Of a stretch of 64,000 nt of DNA, positions 34,701 to 46,744 are shown in pieces. Numbering within the stretch: the stretch's first letter is position 1; the number at the start of each line of letters is the position of its first letter. Made by a program: the position numbers and the translations under genes. Source of the DNA: Macrostomum hystrix (taxonomy: Eukaryota > Animalia > Platyhelminthes); contig CATNEN010000011.1 of the NCBI GenBank assembly GCA_950097015.1, forward strand, positions 5,828,001-5,892,000, given 5' to 3'. The notes beneath the pieces were generated by a model that was not told the DNA's origin, did no database searches, and saw only the letters and a list, made by a program, of their open reading frames with translations.

Positions 34701-36365
34701 GGATCAATGGGTGAGGTATGGGATCAATGTGTGAGGTATGGGATCAATGTGTGAGGTATGGGATCAATTAGTAAGGTATGGGTTTAATTTGTAAGGTATG
34801 TGATCAATGTATGAGGTATGCGATAAATATGTGAGATATGGGATCAATGAGGGAGGTATGGGGCCAATAAGTAAGGTATCACATTAATTTGTCAAGTGGG
34901 AATCGGAATGTGGCGATACGTAAAGTATGGGACCTATAGGTAAGGTTTGGGACCTGTGGGTGAAGTTTGTAATCCATGTAAGATGTTTGGGATTAGATTA
35001 GGTTTGGGATCTATAGATTAGGTTTGGGATCTATAGTTTAGTTTTGGGATCTATCGATTAGGTTTGGGATCTATCGATTAGGTTTGGGATCCAGATCTGG
35101 GATGAAATTCGCAGGTCTCTTTAGATTATATTTGGTCGCTGGCCTCTGGGTGACGGGAGATTTTCGCTAGCACTCACCATCTAGCTACACTCCGAACTGA
35201 CCCACCCAGGGCGTGGACATTCAGTACGTTCGCAGCAGCCGCAGTCAGCTGAGCAACGCCATCAAGAAGCTCATCGCTGAAGCTCAGCAGGCTGGCTACG
35301 AGGAGCAGTCGCCAGATGAAATCGACGAATACTTTCTGGAGCACTGCAACAAGCTGGGCATTCCCATAGCCAATCCGTTTGTGCCCTCGCTGAGGCGGTT
35401 AGATAGCCACGCTGAGCAGTTGTTTAGCCGGCTGAATAGCGCCGCGAAGGCGCGACAGCAGCAACGGCAGGTGGGTTACAGTCCCGTGTGAAATTTCCAG
35501 CGCGTTTATCTGTAATGAAGCCTTAATGAAGTAATAAAGTCGTTTTCGCTGTATATTTTAGGAGGAGCAGCAGAAGATTCAAGAGAAACAGGAGCTTCAG
35601 CAAAAGCAGCAGCAGCAGCAGCAGCAGCCTGTAACATTAAACAGTGCGTCTGTACTAGACCGCATCAATTTCGATGCTTCCGTCTTGAAAAATGTCCTGC
35701 AGTCAGTGAGTGCCTCTAACAGCCAACGCGAATCCATGGTGCAGCAGCAGCAGCAGCAGCAGCAGCAAACGCAGCCGCTTCAAACGTCGGCCTCATCTGG
35801 CCTGTCCCGTTTCTTACTAAATGCAACAGCTCAGCAGCAGAAGCAGCAGCAGCAGCAGATTTTTCAGTCCCAAGTGGCCCCTGCTGCTGCTGCTGATGCT
35901 GCTGTACCAAGCTCTGTTCCTGTTTCTGCTCCTCCAGCGTCAAATGCAATCAGAGTAGAGGATTTGACAGACAATCTGCTAGATGTGCCGAATCGCCTGC
36001 AGCAGCAAAGGCAGCAGCTGCCTAGCGCCGCCTCCAGCCTATTCCCAGCCTACAGTTCAGCCTCGGCAAAAGACGCCACCGCGGCATCTCCAACCGCAAT
36101 TGTTGAATGCTTTGTTGACATCTGCCGGCTGAGGGAGCCAGCTGAATTGTTGGCGCAGCTGCCAGCTAGCTTGAGGTTTGACTTGTTAACTACAGCTAGG
36201 AGGTTAGTTTCCATTGGCGATTGCGAGAGAGCCTCGCCTGCGTCTGGCAAGCCGCAGCACCAGCAGAGGTCTGCTCAGCCTTCAGCTGACCGCCCTGTCG
36301 GTGGCGGCGGTGGGAGCGCCTCCGGTTCGTCTAGCTTTAGTCTAGCCGCATTCACTCGCAATAGC

Positions 36366-36431
<66 letters not shown>

Positions 36432-36593
36432 AAGCAACGAGAGACGTCCTCCATAGGCAGACGATCCTCTGGTACTTCGAAACGATCCAGGTCCAGGTCG
36501 CCAACTGGCAACGGTCAGCGAGTTCGCAGACAGCAGGATCGCTTCGATTCTAATAGTGGCGGTCATAGCCAGTATTCGCATAGGAAAATCTAG
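31708..36593 (+). CDS. hnRNP U-like protein 1 of 2 (Gln/Met/Pro-rich N-terminus, SPRY, AAA_33-type P-loop, polyQ tail), about 1089 aa
   Basis: Exons 31708-33149, 33844-34378, 35210-35470 and 35562-36593 have GT-AG ends and matching phases (3270 nt). SPRY: VLGNHGVTEGRTYYEV, FRAGWT, GDSLSLLID. Walker A: VGLPSSGKT. Walker B-like: VLIDQCNV. Confidence 0.8.
34487..35095. repeat. Intronic 20-bp minisatellites (GTGTGAGGTATGGGATCAAT)n grading into (GATTAGGTTTGGGATCTATA)n
   Basis: Direct tandem repeats in intron 2 of the first hnRNP U-like gene. Confidence 0.9.
36364..36432 (+). repeat. (CAG)n with CAA interruptions encoding a polyglutamine run
   Basis: Read directly in the last exon. Confidence 0.95.
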
Positions 36594-36694
36594 TAGTTTA
36601 ATGATATGCCTCCGCATTGCTGTTTTGCATCTTGTGACTTTGTTTCGCTTATTTTTTGTTATTTCCTTTCACTAAACTAGCATTTTAGTTGAAT

Positions 36695-36865
36695 CCTCAG
36701 GATGTGGTCGAAATTCTCCCAGATTCTAAAGATGGGGTCGACGTTCTCCCATATATTCATGATGGGGTCGAAATTCTCCCAGATCCTCAAGATGGGGTCG
36801 AAATTCTCACAGATCCTCATGATGGGGTCGAAATTCTCACAGATCCTCATGATAGGGGTCGAAAT
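36695..36865. repeat. 30-bp minisatellite (GATGGGGTCGAAATTCTCCCAGATCCTCAT)n
   Basis: Direct tandem repeat of about 5-6 units. Confidence 0.85.
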
Positions 36866-37844
36866 GCTTTAAGATCCTCCTACGCAAACTTACATATTTG
36901 TTGAAAATCGATGAAAATTGTTTATTGATGAAAATGTGTATATTGTATGAATCTGCAGCGATTCACATGAAGCACATTTCACATACAGTGAGTGAGATGT
37001 GCTTTTGCTCTGTTTTTTGACTTACTTTATTCATAATAATTTTTCCCTTTAGGATTCTGTAACTAATGCCATTCAAATAAAGTAAAAATTACTCTTATGA
37101 GGCTTTAGTTATTTAGCTGTGTTATAGCATTGCAAACAGTGTAGCAAATTTCATTCATTGTTTATTGTTTATTTGGTCATACATTTGCTGCACGTGACAT
37201 TGCTTGTCTGTCTAATATTATTGCTTTGTTGCTCCTAAATAAATAGAAATTTAATTACTAAACTTCTTTATCCCCCTCTATACAAACGTTTTTTAATGTT
37301 CCTTATCAGTCTCTATCCAATCTGTTCCTTATCTTTCTGGAATCTATCCTTTCCTTATCATTCTCCACCAAAACATCATTTTTCGAAAAAATGTTTCTAA
37401 GCTCTTTTCCCCAAAATGGGAAATTTATGTTTTCTCTCTGATAAGTTTGTTAATCTGCATTTTCTTTAATTTCTTCCGGTCTGAAAATGTTAAAATGATA
37501 ATTATCCTCTGTTGGGATCGTTTTTATGTCTAGTTTTTTCATAGCTTTCTCCTGCTAGTTGGTTGGCTTTGCTGTCCTAAAATTGGGTGTTTTTTGTTTT
37601 TCATTATCCATTGTGTTGCATTCGGTTCCCTCTCGCACTTATTTACTTAACCACCCGATGATAATTATGATGTAAAAACTTTTCTAATAAAATTACCTAT
37701 TATAAGTTGGTCAACGAAAAACATTCAATGGCCCAATTCAATTGATTTTTTTTTCGTTCTAGTTTTTGTTTTTGTGGGGTCATTGGAATATGATCTAGTT
37801 ATTACAAATAGATTATACAAGACTTACACTGGAGCTCTATTATA

Positions 37845-38080
37845 ATTTAAGTATCCCATTTTGGCGACTCTGATCTGTTCGTTGAATATCCCATTTAGGG
37901 ATTCTGATCTGTTAGTTAAAAATCCCGTTTAAAGATTATGATTTGTTACTTAAATATCCCATTTACGGATTCGAATCTGCTAGTAAATATCCCATTTAGG
38001 GATTCTGATCTGTTAGTTGAAAATCCCATTTAAGGATTCTGATCTGTTACTTAAATATCCCATTGGTATTCTGATCCAAT
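37845..38080. repeat. Degenerate about 40-bp minisatellite (AATATCCCATTTAGGGATTCTGATCTGTTAG core)
   Basis: About 6 diverged units. Confidence 0.75.
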
Positions 38081-38317
38081 TGTTAAATATCAAATTCAAT
38101 TTGAGGATTTTTACCATTTTTTAAATGTGCTATTTGGATTTAGGGTCATTTTTCAGAGTTTCCTACAGTACCATGGATAATTGAGGTAAATTCAGTGTGC
38201 AATTATCCTACTTAGCAGGCTGCATCGTAAGTAGTATCCAACTGTTAGCCAGCCAGTTTCGCTTTTCGTTTTGAACCTTGCAGCAGTAGCTCGCACCGCG
38301 CTCGAGTCTTATCCCAA

Positions 38318-41300
38318 ATGAGTGCGCCCGCACCAAACGACGCTGCGGCCGCTGCTGCCGAGCGTTTGGCTGCAGATTTCCTGGAATTAGTTAACAAAGA
38401 ATTCGACAGCGAATCAGCCGATTCTTCTTTCGTCGCCGAGGCGTTGGCAGATCGCCTATTGGCTAGAATGCCTCGGAGCACCGACGCCGCTATTGCCATA
38501 GCAACAGCCGAAGCCGTTGCTAAATCGTTGCGTGCTACAATTCGCGCCTGGCTGTGCGATCACCTGCGCGCTCAGCTGCGGTCAAACCGCTGCATCGACC
38601 TCCGGCTCCAGCACCTCCGGGCCAGCTTGTCGGCCCTCGCAGTCCGGTTTGGCTTCAAATTCTCCGACAGAGATCTGAGACGAGCCCAATTAGCTGCCGA
38701 GTATCAGTGCGTTGCTCATCAACTAGGCGTGCCTGACAGCTCGGAGCTGACTGGCATCAGTAGCCTGGCCGACTACTTCCTGGCTGTTGGCAAGCGGGCG
38801 AAGCTAAAGCCCACTGTGAGACTGAAACGCTGCTCTGAGCTAGACGCATTGGCCCTGCAGGAGAAGTCTGAGCAGCAGCAGCAGCAGCAACAACAGGCGC
38901 CGAAGCAGAAGACCAAGCGGCGGACAGCTCAGACGAAGGCAACGCAATCTTCAAAGCGTCGTTATGCTTCAATTTCGTCTGGCAGCGAGTCGTGGACCGA
39001 CTCTTTGAGCAGTCTGTCTTCTGACGATGATTCAAAAGCCAAAAAAGATCAGTCTGAGGCTAAGAAATCTCGTAAAGAGGCCAAATTAAAGACAGCGTTA
39101 AAGGTGGAAACGTCTGAGGCCGCCTCCGGTGAGAAACGACGCAAGCGCGTTGATTCCAGTCCAAATTCAACATCGATCGGCGGCAATAAAAAGCTGAAAA
39201 AGCTTAAAAACAATCTTGCTGAAGAGTCAGCGATAGCCGAGGCCGCTGAGGCGCCGCTAGCGACACCGGCTCCGCCGCAACGTGGGGAGGCAGCCAACTC
39301 CAGGCAGTCTTTGTTTAACTCCCTCCGTGAATCCACCGCCGACAACGGTGACAGCGGCAGCAGTCAGGCTGGTAGCTGCTCCAACGGTCCAACAGCGCCA
39401 TCAAAACACAAGCGTCCAGTTGCTGAGCCCACCAAATCTGCCGCCCCTGCTGCTGCTGCGCAAAAGCAGCAGATAGAACAGACGACGGTCAAAAAGCTGC
39501 CAGCGGAACAAAGACCACCATCGCAGATTCAGAAGCCAACGGAGTCTAGTCGTTCTTCAGCGGAACTGCAGTCAAAAAAGTCATTGGATTCCGCCCGATC
39601 ATCAGAACAAAGACCTGAGAAGCAGCAGCATCAGCGGCAAAATTCATCTGATTCTATCCGACCTTTGGAACAAAGACATGAGCAGCAACCACAGAAGTCC
39701 TCGAATTCCGCCCTATCTTCAGAACAAAAACCTCAAAAGCAGCAACAGCAGCAGGGGCAAAAGTCGTCGGAATCTGTTCGACCTTCGGAACGAAGACCTG
39801 AGCAGCAACAACAGAAGACGTCGGATTCCACCCTTTCTTCAGAACAAAGACCTCAAAAGCAGCTTCAGCAGCTGGGGCAAAAGTCGTCGGATTCTGTTCG
39901 ACCTTCGGAACGAAGACCTGAGCAGCAACCGCAGAAGTCCGCGGATTCCGCCCGATCCTCAGAACAAAGAATTCAGAAGCAGCAGCCACCACTTTCACAA
40001 AAATTGGTAGATTCCGCGCGATCGTCAAAACAAAGACCCCAGCAGCAGCCTCAAAAACCTGTGGATTCCGTCCGCTCTTCGGAACAAAGACCAACACCAC
40101 CCGAGCCGGATCGCTTATTAGAACAAAGACCTACCGTGCCAAAACCGCAGAATACGCCAACGGAAGCTGATCGGGTCTCTTTGGAACAAAGACCGACCCC
40201 AAGTTCCAGCCAGCAGCGCCAGCAGCCACCTGTTGACAAGCCTGCAATAGCGCCCACAGTTCGTCTGCTGTGCCTGGGCAATGATCCGTTTGTTACGGTG
40301 GACCCCGTGAGCTCTACCATCGCCTCTACCGGCTTCGGTGATCGCCTAAAAAATAGGATGTGGGGCTGCGCCTACGCTTCTCACGGTATCTCCGAGGGTA
40401 AGGCCTACTTTGAAGTGACCAGGTCGGCCACTGATCAGCCCGGTGTCCCTAGCAGCGGCGCCGATCGATCGCTATTTCGCGTCGGTTGGACTCTGGCGCC
40501 GAAGTCGTTCAGACAGTTTCTACCTGGCGGCGCCAAGTTCAGCTGGGCCTATTCCTCTGTTGGCTCCGTTCTAGTTGAAGGCGACAGTCAGCCAGCTCCA
40601 GACGGCGTGGGCGTCTGCGGACCCGGCGACTCGGTGAGGACCGCTTTAGGGTCCCTTCTTAATCCTTATTCAGGACCGCATCTTAATCCTTATTCAGGAC
40701 CGCTTCTTAATCATTATTTATGGCCGCTTTTAATCCCTATTTAGGACTGCTTCCTTGTCCTTCGTGACCTTTTTTAATCCTACTTCATAACCTATTTCTA
40801 ATCCTAATTCAAGACACACACGCACACAGGTGTGAACATGCGAGTACACCTGCCCTGACTTTCACGTCGTCAGGCAGTGTACACTCTCCCTGTACACTCA
40901 TGTTGCCTGCCGTTTCCACAGGTGGCCGTCTCCCTTGAGATCAGCCGCATCGGGGTGGACTCAGCTCAGGCGCAGTTCTCTCTAGCTGTCATACCGCGCC
41001 ATCTGGACCGTGGCGAGCGACGTTCGAGCCAGACATTCTCGGTTCGCTACAACCTAGACCCGGCTGTGGACTTGGAGAATGCCTGGTTTCCTCACATCGC
41101 CGTGCTCAACGCCAGGCTGGATATCAACCTCGGCCGAGTGTCGCCTCTGTCCATCCGGCAGCCCGGCTATCGCCTGCTGTCGCACCGTCCGCGCAGCGCT
41201 CTCTCTGAACTATCCGAAGCCGACTCGTCATTTGCCGCGACCAACCAGTCAGCCGAGCAGCCCGAAGTGATGTTCTGCGTCGGCCTGCCATTTGCAGGCA

Positions 41301-43853
41301 AAACTAAATTCGTTGAAACTTACAGAAAATCTATTGGCATCACCAGCTCAGTCTGTTTGAGCATTGACGCCTTGGGCGAGGCTCACCTGGCGCCTGAACT
41401 TGGCGACAGCATGGACAAACTCGAGACCCGACAGTGCATCGGGCGGCACCTGTTAGGCAACTGCTCCGAGTTGCTATTCGAGCTGGCAACCTACGCCATT
41501 AACCGCAAGCTCAATGTCATCATGGATATGTGCAATGCCTCGCCTATAACCAGGTAAGAGTGTCTCCACTCACCTCTCAGATGTCAGTTGAATCGCTTTC
41601 TCGATGGTTGCGGGTTGATGCATCAGTTCTCCACAAACACAATGTCATTTATTCCACTTGGCAAGATCCTACTTGTAATTTTGCAACTGAAATGCTTCCA
41701 GATCCTCATTTGGCACCTGACTTGCTCCCAGATCCTCATTTTGCAGCTGAAATGCTCCCAGATCCTCATTTGGCACCTGACTTGCTCCCAGATCCTCATT
41801 TTGCAGCTGACATGCTCCCAGATCATCATTTTGTAACTAACATGCTCCCAGATCCTTATTTTGCACCTGAAATTCTCCCAGATCCTCATATCGCAGCTAG
41901 CTGTTATACTCTGAAATCCGTCTTACTCTGAAACAATCGCGCAGGTGCCTGCGCCTGAATCTATTCAGGCCCGCTGGCTACTTGTCCAAGGCCATCATCT
42001 TCTGCCCGGGCCCGAAGACCGAGGCCGAACTGCGCCAGAAATCATTAGCCAGCCTGCGCCTAACCGAGCCGCCAACCGCTTATTATCAGCTGGCAGCTAA
42101 CCTGGCTTATCCGCGCCTCCTGTCGCCGAAGATTGACAGCGACGCTTTCGATGAGGTGCGCTCCTATTGCGACATTCAGCAGCCAATGCTGGACGATCGG
42201 CAGGCTGCGGCTAATGCCGAGGCTTTGGAGCGCGGCTTCAGCTGTCAGACGGAGGATGAGATGGACGAAGTCATGCTGGAGGTGTGCCAGAAGTTCGGCT
42301 TGGATCATCTGGCCGAGTCTGCCGCTTCTCAGTCTGCTGAACCTGTCGATGGCGTTGGAATTGCGGAGGCGGAACAGCCGGTCATTCCGATCGCCTCGCC
42401 ACGCCTCTTGCGGCCGAAGTCGCCAACCGTTTTGCAGCGAAACCCACATCTGGAACGGCCTCGGCCCAACTATGATCATCAAAGGGTCGAGCGGGAGCGC
42501 GACTCAATTCCTTACTCGCAGTCTCGATCAAGATCACGCTCTCGGGACATTGTTGGCGGTCATCATCGCGACGTTGTCAGAGGAACTTCTCGGGACATTG
42601 TCAGCGGTCATCCACGCGACGTTGTCAGGGGAACTTCTCGGGACATTGTCAGCGGTCATCCACGCGACGTTGTCAGGGGAACTTCTCGGGACATTGTCAG
42701 CGGTCATCCACGCGACGTTGTCAGAGGAACTTCTCGGGAAATTTTCAGCGGTTATCCACGCGACGTTGTCAGAGGAACTTCTCGGGACATTGTCAGCGGT
42801 CATCATCGCGACGTTGTCAGAGGAAGTTCTCGCGACGTTGTGGGCAGTCATCCACGCGACGTTGTCAGAGGAAGTTCTCGAGATATTGTCGGCGGTCATC
42901 CTCGCGACGTTGTCAGAGGAAGTTCTCGAGACGTTGTTGGCAGTCATCCTCGCGACATTGTCAGAGGAAGTTCTCGAGATGTTGTTGGCGGTCATCCTCG
43001 CGACATTGTCAGAGGAAGTTCTCGAGACGTTGTTGGCAGTCATCCTCGCGACGTTGTCAGAGGAAGTTCTCGAGAAATTGTCGGCAGTCATCCACACGAC
43101 AGGGTTGGAAATTATCAGCGAGGCATAGACGCAGCTCATCCTCGAGACCTTGAAAGAGCTCATGCACGTGACCTGGAGACAGCATATCCACGCAGCTTGA
43201 TCGGCAATCACTCACGCGACACGGAGAGAAGTTATCCACGCAATATAACAAGCGGGTATCCACAGTCAGCTCGTTCATCGTCTCATTTTATGTCTCGCGA
43301 GCCTCAACGACCGTTTGCAGATTTGTCAACGGACACTTATAAACAACATCATCGTCATCATCGTGATGTGAATAATTATGATGCCGAAGCAGATAGCCCT
43401 CTATTAGCCCAAGAGCCGTTTGATTGCCTAGACCAGCCAGCCAGCAGCTACAATCGGCGAAATAGCTTGCTGTTCGACCCAACGATCTCTGACAGCATCG
43501 GTGCCAGACAGAATCCGAATTATTTCCTAAACGATGACAGTGACACCCTCACTCGAATGCCGGCTGTGGCGCCCTACAGCCTCACGCGGACGTCCGCTGA
43601 CTGTGTGGGCGTTGGTTCGAGGCCGCCAAATCAGGACAGGCTTCAGCTGTCTAGAGGACCCCAGCCGCTAACTCAACCTGTGGGCAATGCCATCGCTCCT
43701 GCGCATCGATCGTCCCTCTGGCAGGAGCTTCACCCGCCGCCTGTGGCTGGCTACGCTACACAGCAGCAGCAACAGCAGCAGCAGCCGAGGTCTTTGCTGG
43801 CCTCCCCGCATTCGCAGCAGCAGCACAAAAGTATAACCAGGGAGAACTTTTGA
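38318..43853 (+). CDS. hnRNP U-like protein 2 of 2 (long low-complexity N-terminus, SPRY, AAA_33-type P-loop, RD/RG-repeat tail), about 1618 aa
   Basis: Exons 38318-40633, 40922-41553 and 41945-43853 have GT-AG ends and matching phases (4857 nt). SPRY: WGCAYASHGISEGKAYFEV, FRVGWT. Walker A: CVGLPFAGKT. Walker B-like: NVIMDMCN. LFRPAGYLSKAIIFCP resembles the hnRNP U segment LFAGFQRKAVVVCP. Confidence 0.82.
41690..41890. repeat. Intronic 30-bp minisatellite (GATCCTCATTTGGCACCTGACTTGCTCCCA)n
   Basis: Direct tandem repeat in intron 2 of the second hnRNP U-like gene. Confidence 0.88.
42541..43100 (+). repeat. Coding 48-bp repeat (two 24-bp halves) encoding (RDVVRGTSRDIVSGHP)n
   Basis: About 11-12 in-frame units read directly. 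Confidence 0.92.
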
Positions 43854-44344
43854 ACACGTCTAAGGCGCCCAGTTACTGACTGAGTTGTTTTTTATTTTCT
43901 GCATAGATCTCAACTCAATCCCTAATGCACATGCAATCTGCCTGACTTTGCTGTTTATTTTGTCTCAACTTGTCCTTCCTTAGGAGGTCATTTTTCGTCA
44001 AATTTTGACTTTTAAATTGTGTTTGCACAATTCTTCCCAAGAATTCCTGATTGGCAATAGTAAATCACAGAATCAGTTAAACTTGCTGATTCTTAATGTA
44101 ACTAAAGTACTGGCGCGATATGCATTTACTGCCAAATTACATAGCGTTGAAAATCATTAGCTAAACTTTAGCAGCAGTAGTCTGCTCATTTGCTTGTATT
44201 TAGTTTGTAATAAAGCTATTTTGAATTGTGTATTTTCATCTATTAGTTTAGCTTTAGTATATAAGCAATCACTTGTGCACCCGCTTGTCAATCACAGATT
44301 GGGCAACCTTTAACACTCAGATTGGAAAACTTCTTCAGACCGTC

Positions 44345-44552
44345 AGGTTTGGAGACTTCAGATCCTCAGGTTTGGAGACTTCAGATCCTCAGGTTTGGAG
44401 ACTTCAGATCCTCAGGTTTGGAGACTTCAGATCCTCAGGTTTGGAGACTTCAGATCCTCAGGTTTGGAGACTTCAGATCCTCAGGTTTGGAGACTTCAAA
44501 TCCTCAGGTTTGGAGACTTCAGATCCTCAGGTTTGGAGACTTTAGATGCTCA
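44345..44552. repeat. 23-bp minisatellite (CAGGTTTGGAGACTTCAGATCCT)n
   Basis: Direct tandem repeat. Confidence 0.92.
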
Positions 44553-44837
44553 GGTTAGGATCATCAATCATCAACTAATTTTAAGTCTTAGTATTGTGTA
44601 AATCGGCCTGGGATTTACACTAAATCCCAGGGATTTACCTGTCCCACTAAACGTCTCACTTGTCTCGCATTTACGGTTTGAAAATAAAATTAAAATTAAA
44701 GTTTGACTCATTTTTGCCGATGCTTTTGCAGAGCCTGCTTTCAATTATAAAATTGACGGCTATCTGATTTTTCCCATGTTAGTGATTTTTTTAATCCATA
44801 ACCATCATTAAGCAAACGATTCTTGGACCCTTATTTG

Positions 44838-45730
44838 TGACAGTGAACACTCCCAGATCCCCATTTTTGACAGTGAACACTCCCAGATCCCCATTTTTGA
44901 CAGTGAACATTCCCAGATCCCCATTTTTGACAGTGAACACTCCCAGATCCCCATTTTCGACAGTGAATACTCCCAGATCCCCATTTTTGACAGTGAACAT
45001 TCCCAGATCCCCATTTTTGACAGTGAACACTCCCAGATCCCCATTTTCGACAGTGAATACTCCCAGATCCCCATTATTGACAGTGAACACTCCCAGATCC
45101 TCATTTTCGACAGTGAACATTCCCAGATCCCCATTTTCGACAGTGAACACTCCTAGATCCCCATTTTTGACAGTGAACATTCCCAGATCCCCATTTTTGA
45201 CCTCCAACCCTCCCAGATCCCCATTTTCGACAGTGAACACACCCAGATCCGCATTTTCGACAGTAAACACTCCCAGATCCCCATTTTTTACAGTATGCAC
45301 TTCCAGATCCCCATTTTCGACAGTGAACACTCCCAGATCCCCATTTTCGACAGTGAATACTCCCAGATCCCCATTTTTGACAGTGAACATTCCCAGATCC
45401 CCATTTTTGACAGTGAACACTCCCAGATCCCCATTTTCGACAGTGAATACTCCCAGATCCCCATTATTGACAGTGAACACTCCCAGATCCTCATTTTCGA
45501 CAGTGAACATTCCCAGATCCCCATTTTCGACAGTGAACACTCCTAGATCCCCATTTTTGACAGTGAACATTCCCAGATCCCCATTTTTGACCTCCAACCC
45601 TCCCAGATCCCCATTTTCGACAGTGAACACTCCCAGATCCGCATTTTCGACAGTAAACACTCCCAGATCCCCATTTTAATTACAGTAAGCACTTCCAGAT
45701 CCCCATTTTTGACCTACAACCCTCCCAGAT
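44838..45730. repeat. 30-bp minisatellite (CAGTGAACACTCCCAGATCCCCATTTTTGA)n with a 390-bp higher-order duplication
   Basis: The variant unit CCTCCAACCCTCCCAGATCC occurs at 45201 and 45591, 13 units apart. Confidence 0.93.
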
Positions 45731-46744
45731 CTAATTTTTACCGTCATTCACTGTTTAGTTTATTAAATTTATCTGAATTACAAATAATTGCTTACCCAGG
45801 TTAATTTTAATAATCGTGTGCCGTGTTCGTAAATAATTATATTTTTGCAATCGGCATCTTGTCTGTATCTGGCCCATGAATTCAGTTTTGTCTGTTGATA
45901 TCTAGCATATAAAAATACACGTACAAGATTATTCTTGTGTTACAAAAGCCGCAGCTTTATAAAGTTGTTGGCCTTAATTTTTGTGAAATTGTGAAATACA
46001 TGTCTTGGTTTTGTTGTTCCTGTTTTTTATAGCTGTTTCTTTCGACATTTGTCCACTGACATTTTGTCCACCAGCATGTCACGTTAATCAAACCTGTTAG
46101 ATATGTTATAAAAAACAAATGGTTTAACCAAAATGCGCTTTGATCAGAAAGGGACATATATGCTATTTCTCCATCCTCGCTCGTGCTACTTAAAGTAGCC
46201 AGGGCATTCTGTGCCAGTCTATTGAATAGAAAATCAGTCCAAATAGATGAGCAAATAATAGACTGTGTTGAAAATTGCGCGGGCTTTTGACACAAAAAAT
46301 AAGAAAAGTATTGAATAATATTGGCAGTGAACTGTACCCCCAATTTAGCTAATTAGCGGCTTTGACAGTTTTGGTTAAAGATGAGTTTTATCTATAGCAT
46401 TGTGGGATGCTTATTAATGCATATATACGAGTATGTACTTTTGCACGCGTCATTTTGGCTTGGTCATTCTTGAAATTAAATGTGCGTTGTAGGATTTGTA
46501 AAGCTCGAATTATGCTTGGAAATTTCTGAAGAAGATGATATAAAATGAAGCGAACCAACGACTAGACGGGATAATTGTTTTACATTTAAAAACCTCACTT
46601 TCATCGCACCCTACTGCTACTACAGTCGGATTATTAAGTAGTCTGTGACTGTGACGCGTATGTTCGTTCGGAGTGTCCTTGTCGATATATATAGTCTCTC
46701 TTGAAGTTCACGGTTCGTCGGTGAAAATCGGGGACTCGATTATT

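Noticed and set aside
44273-45679. ORFs up to 289 aa (VFTVENGDLG and TVNTPRSPF repeats)
   Set aside because: They come from stop-free 23-bp and 30-bp repeat units, with no flanking coding context.
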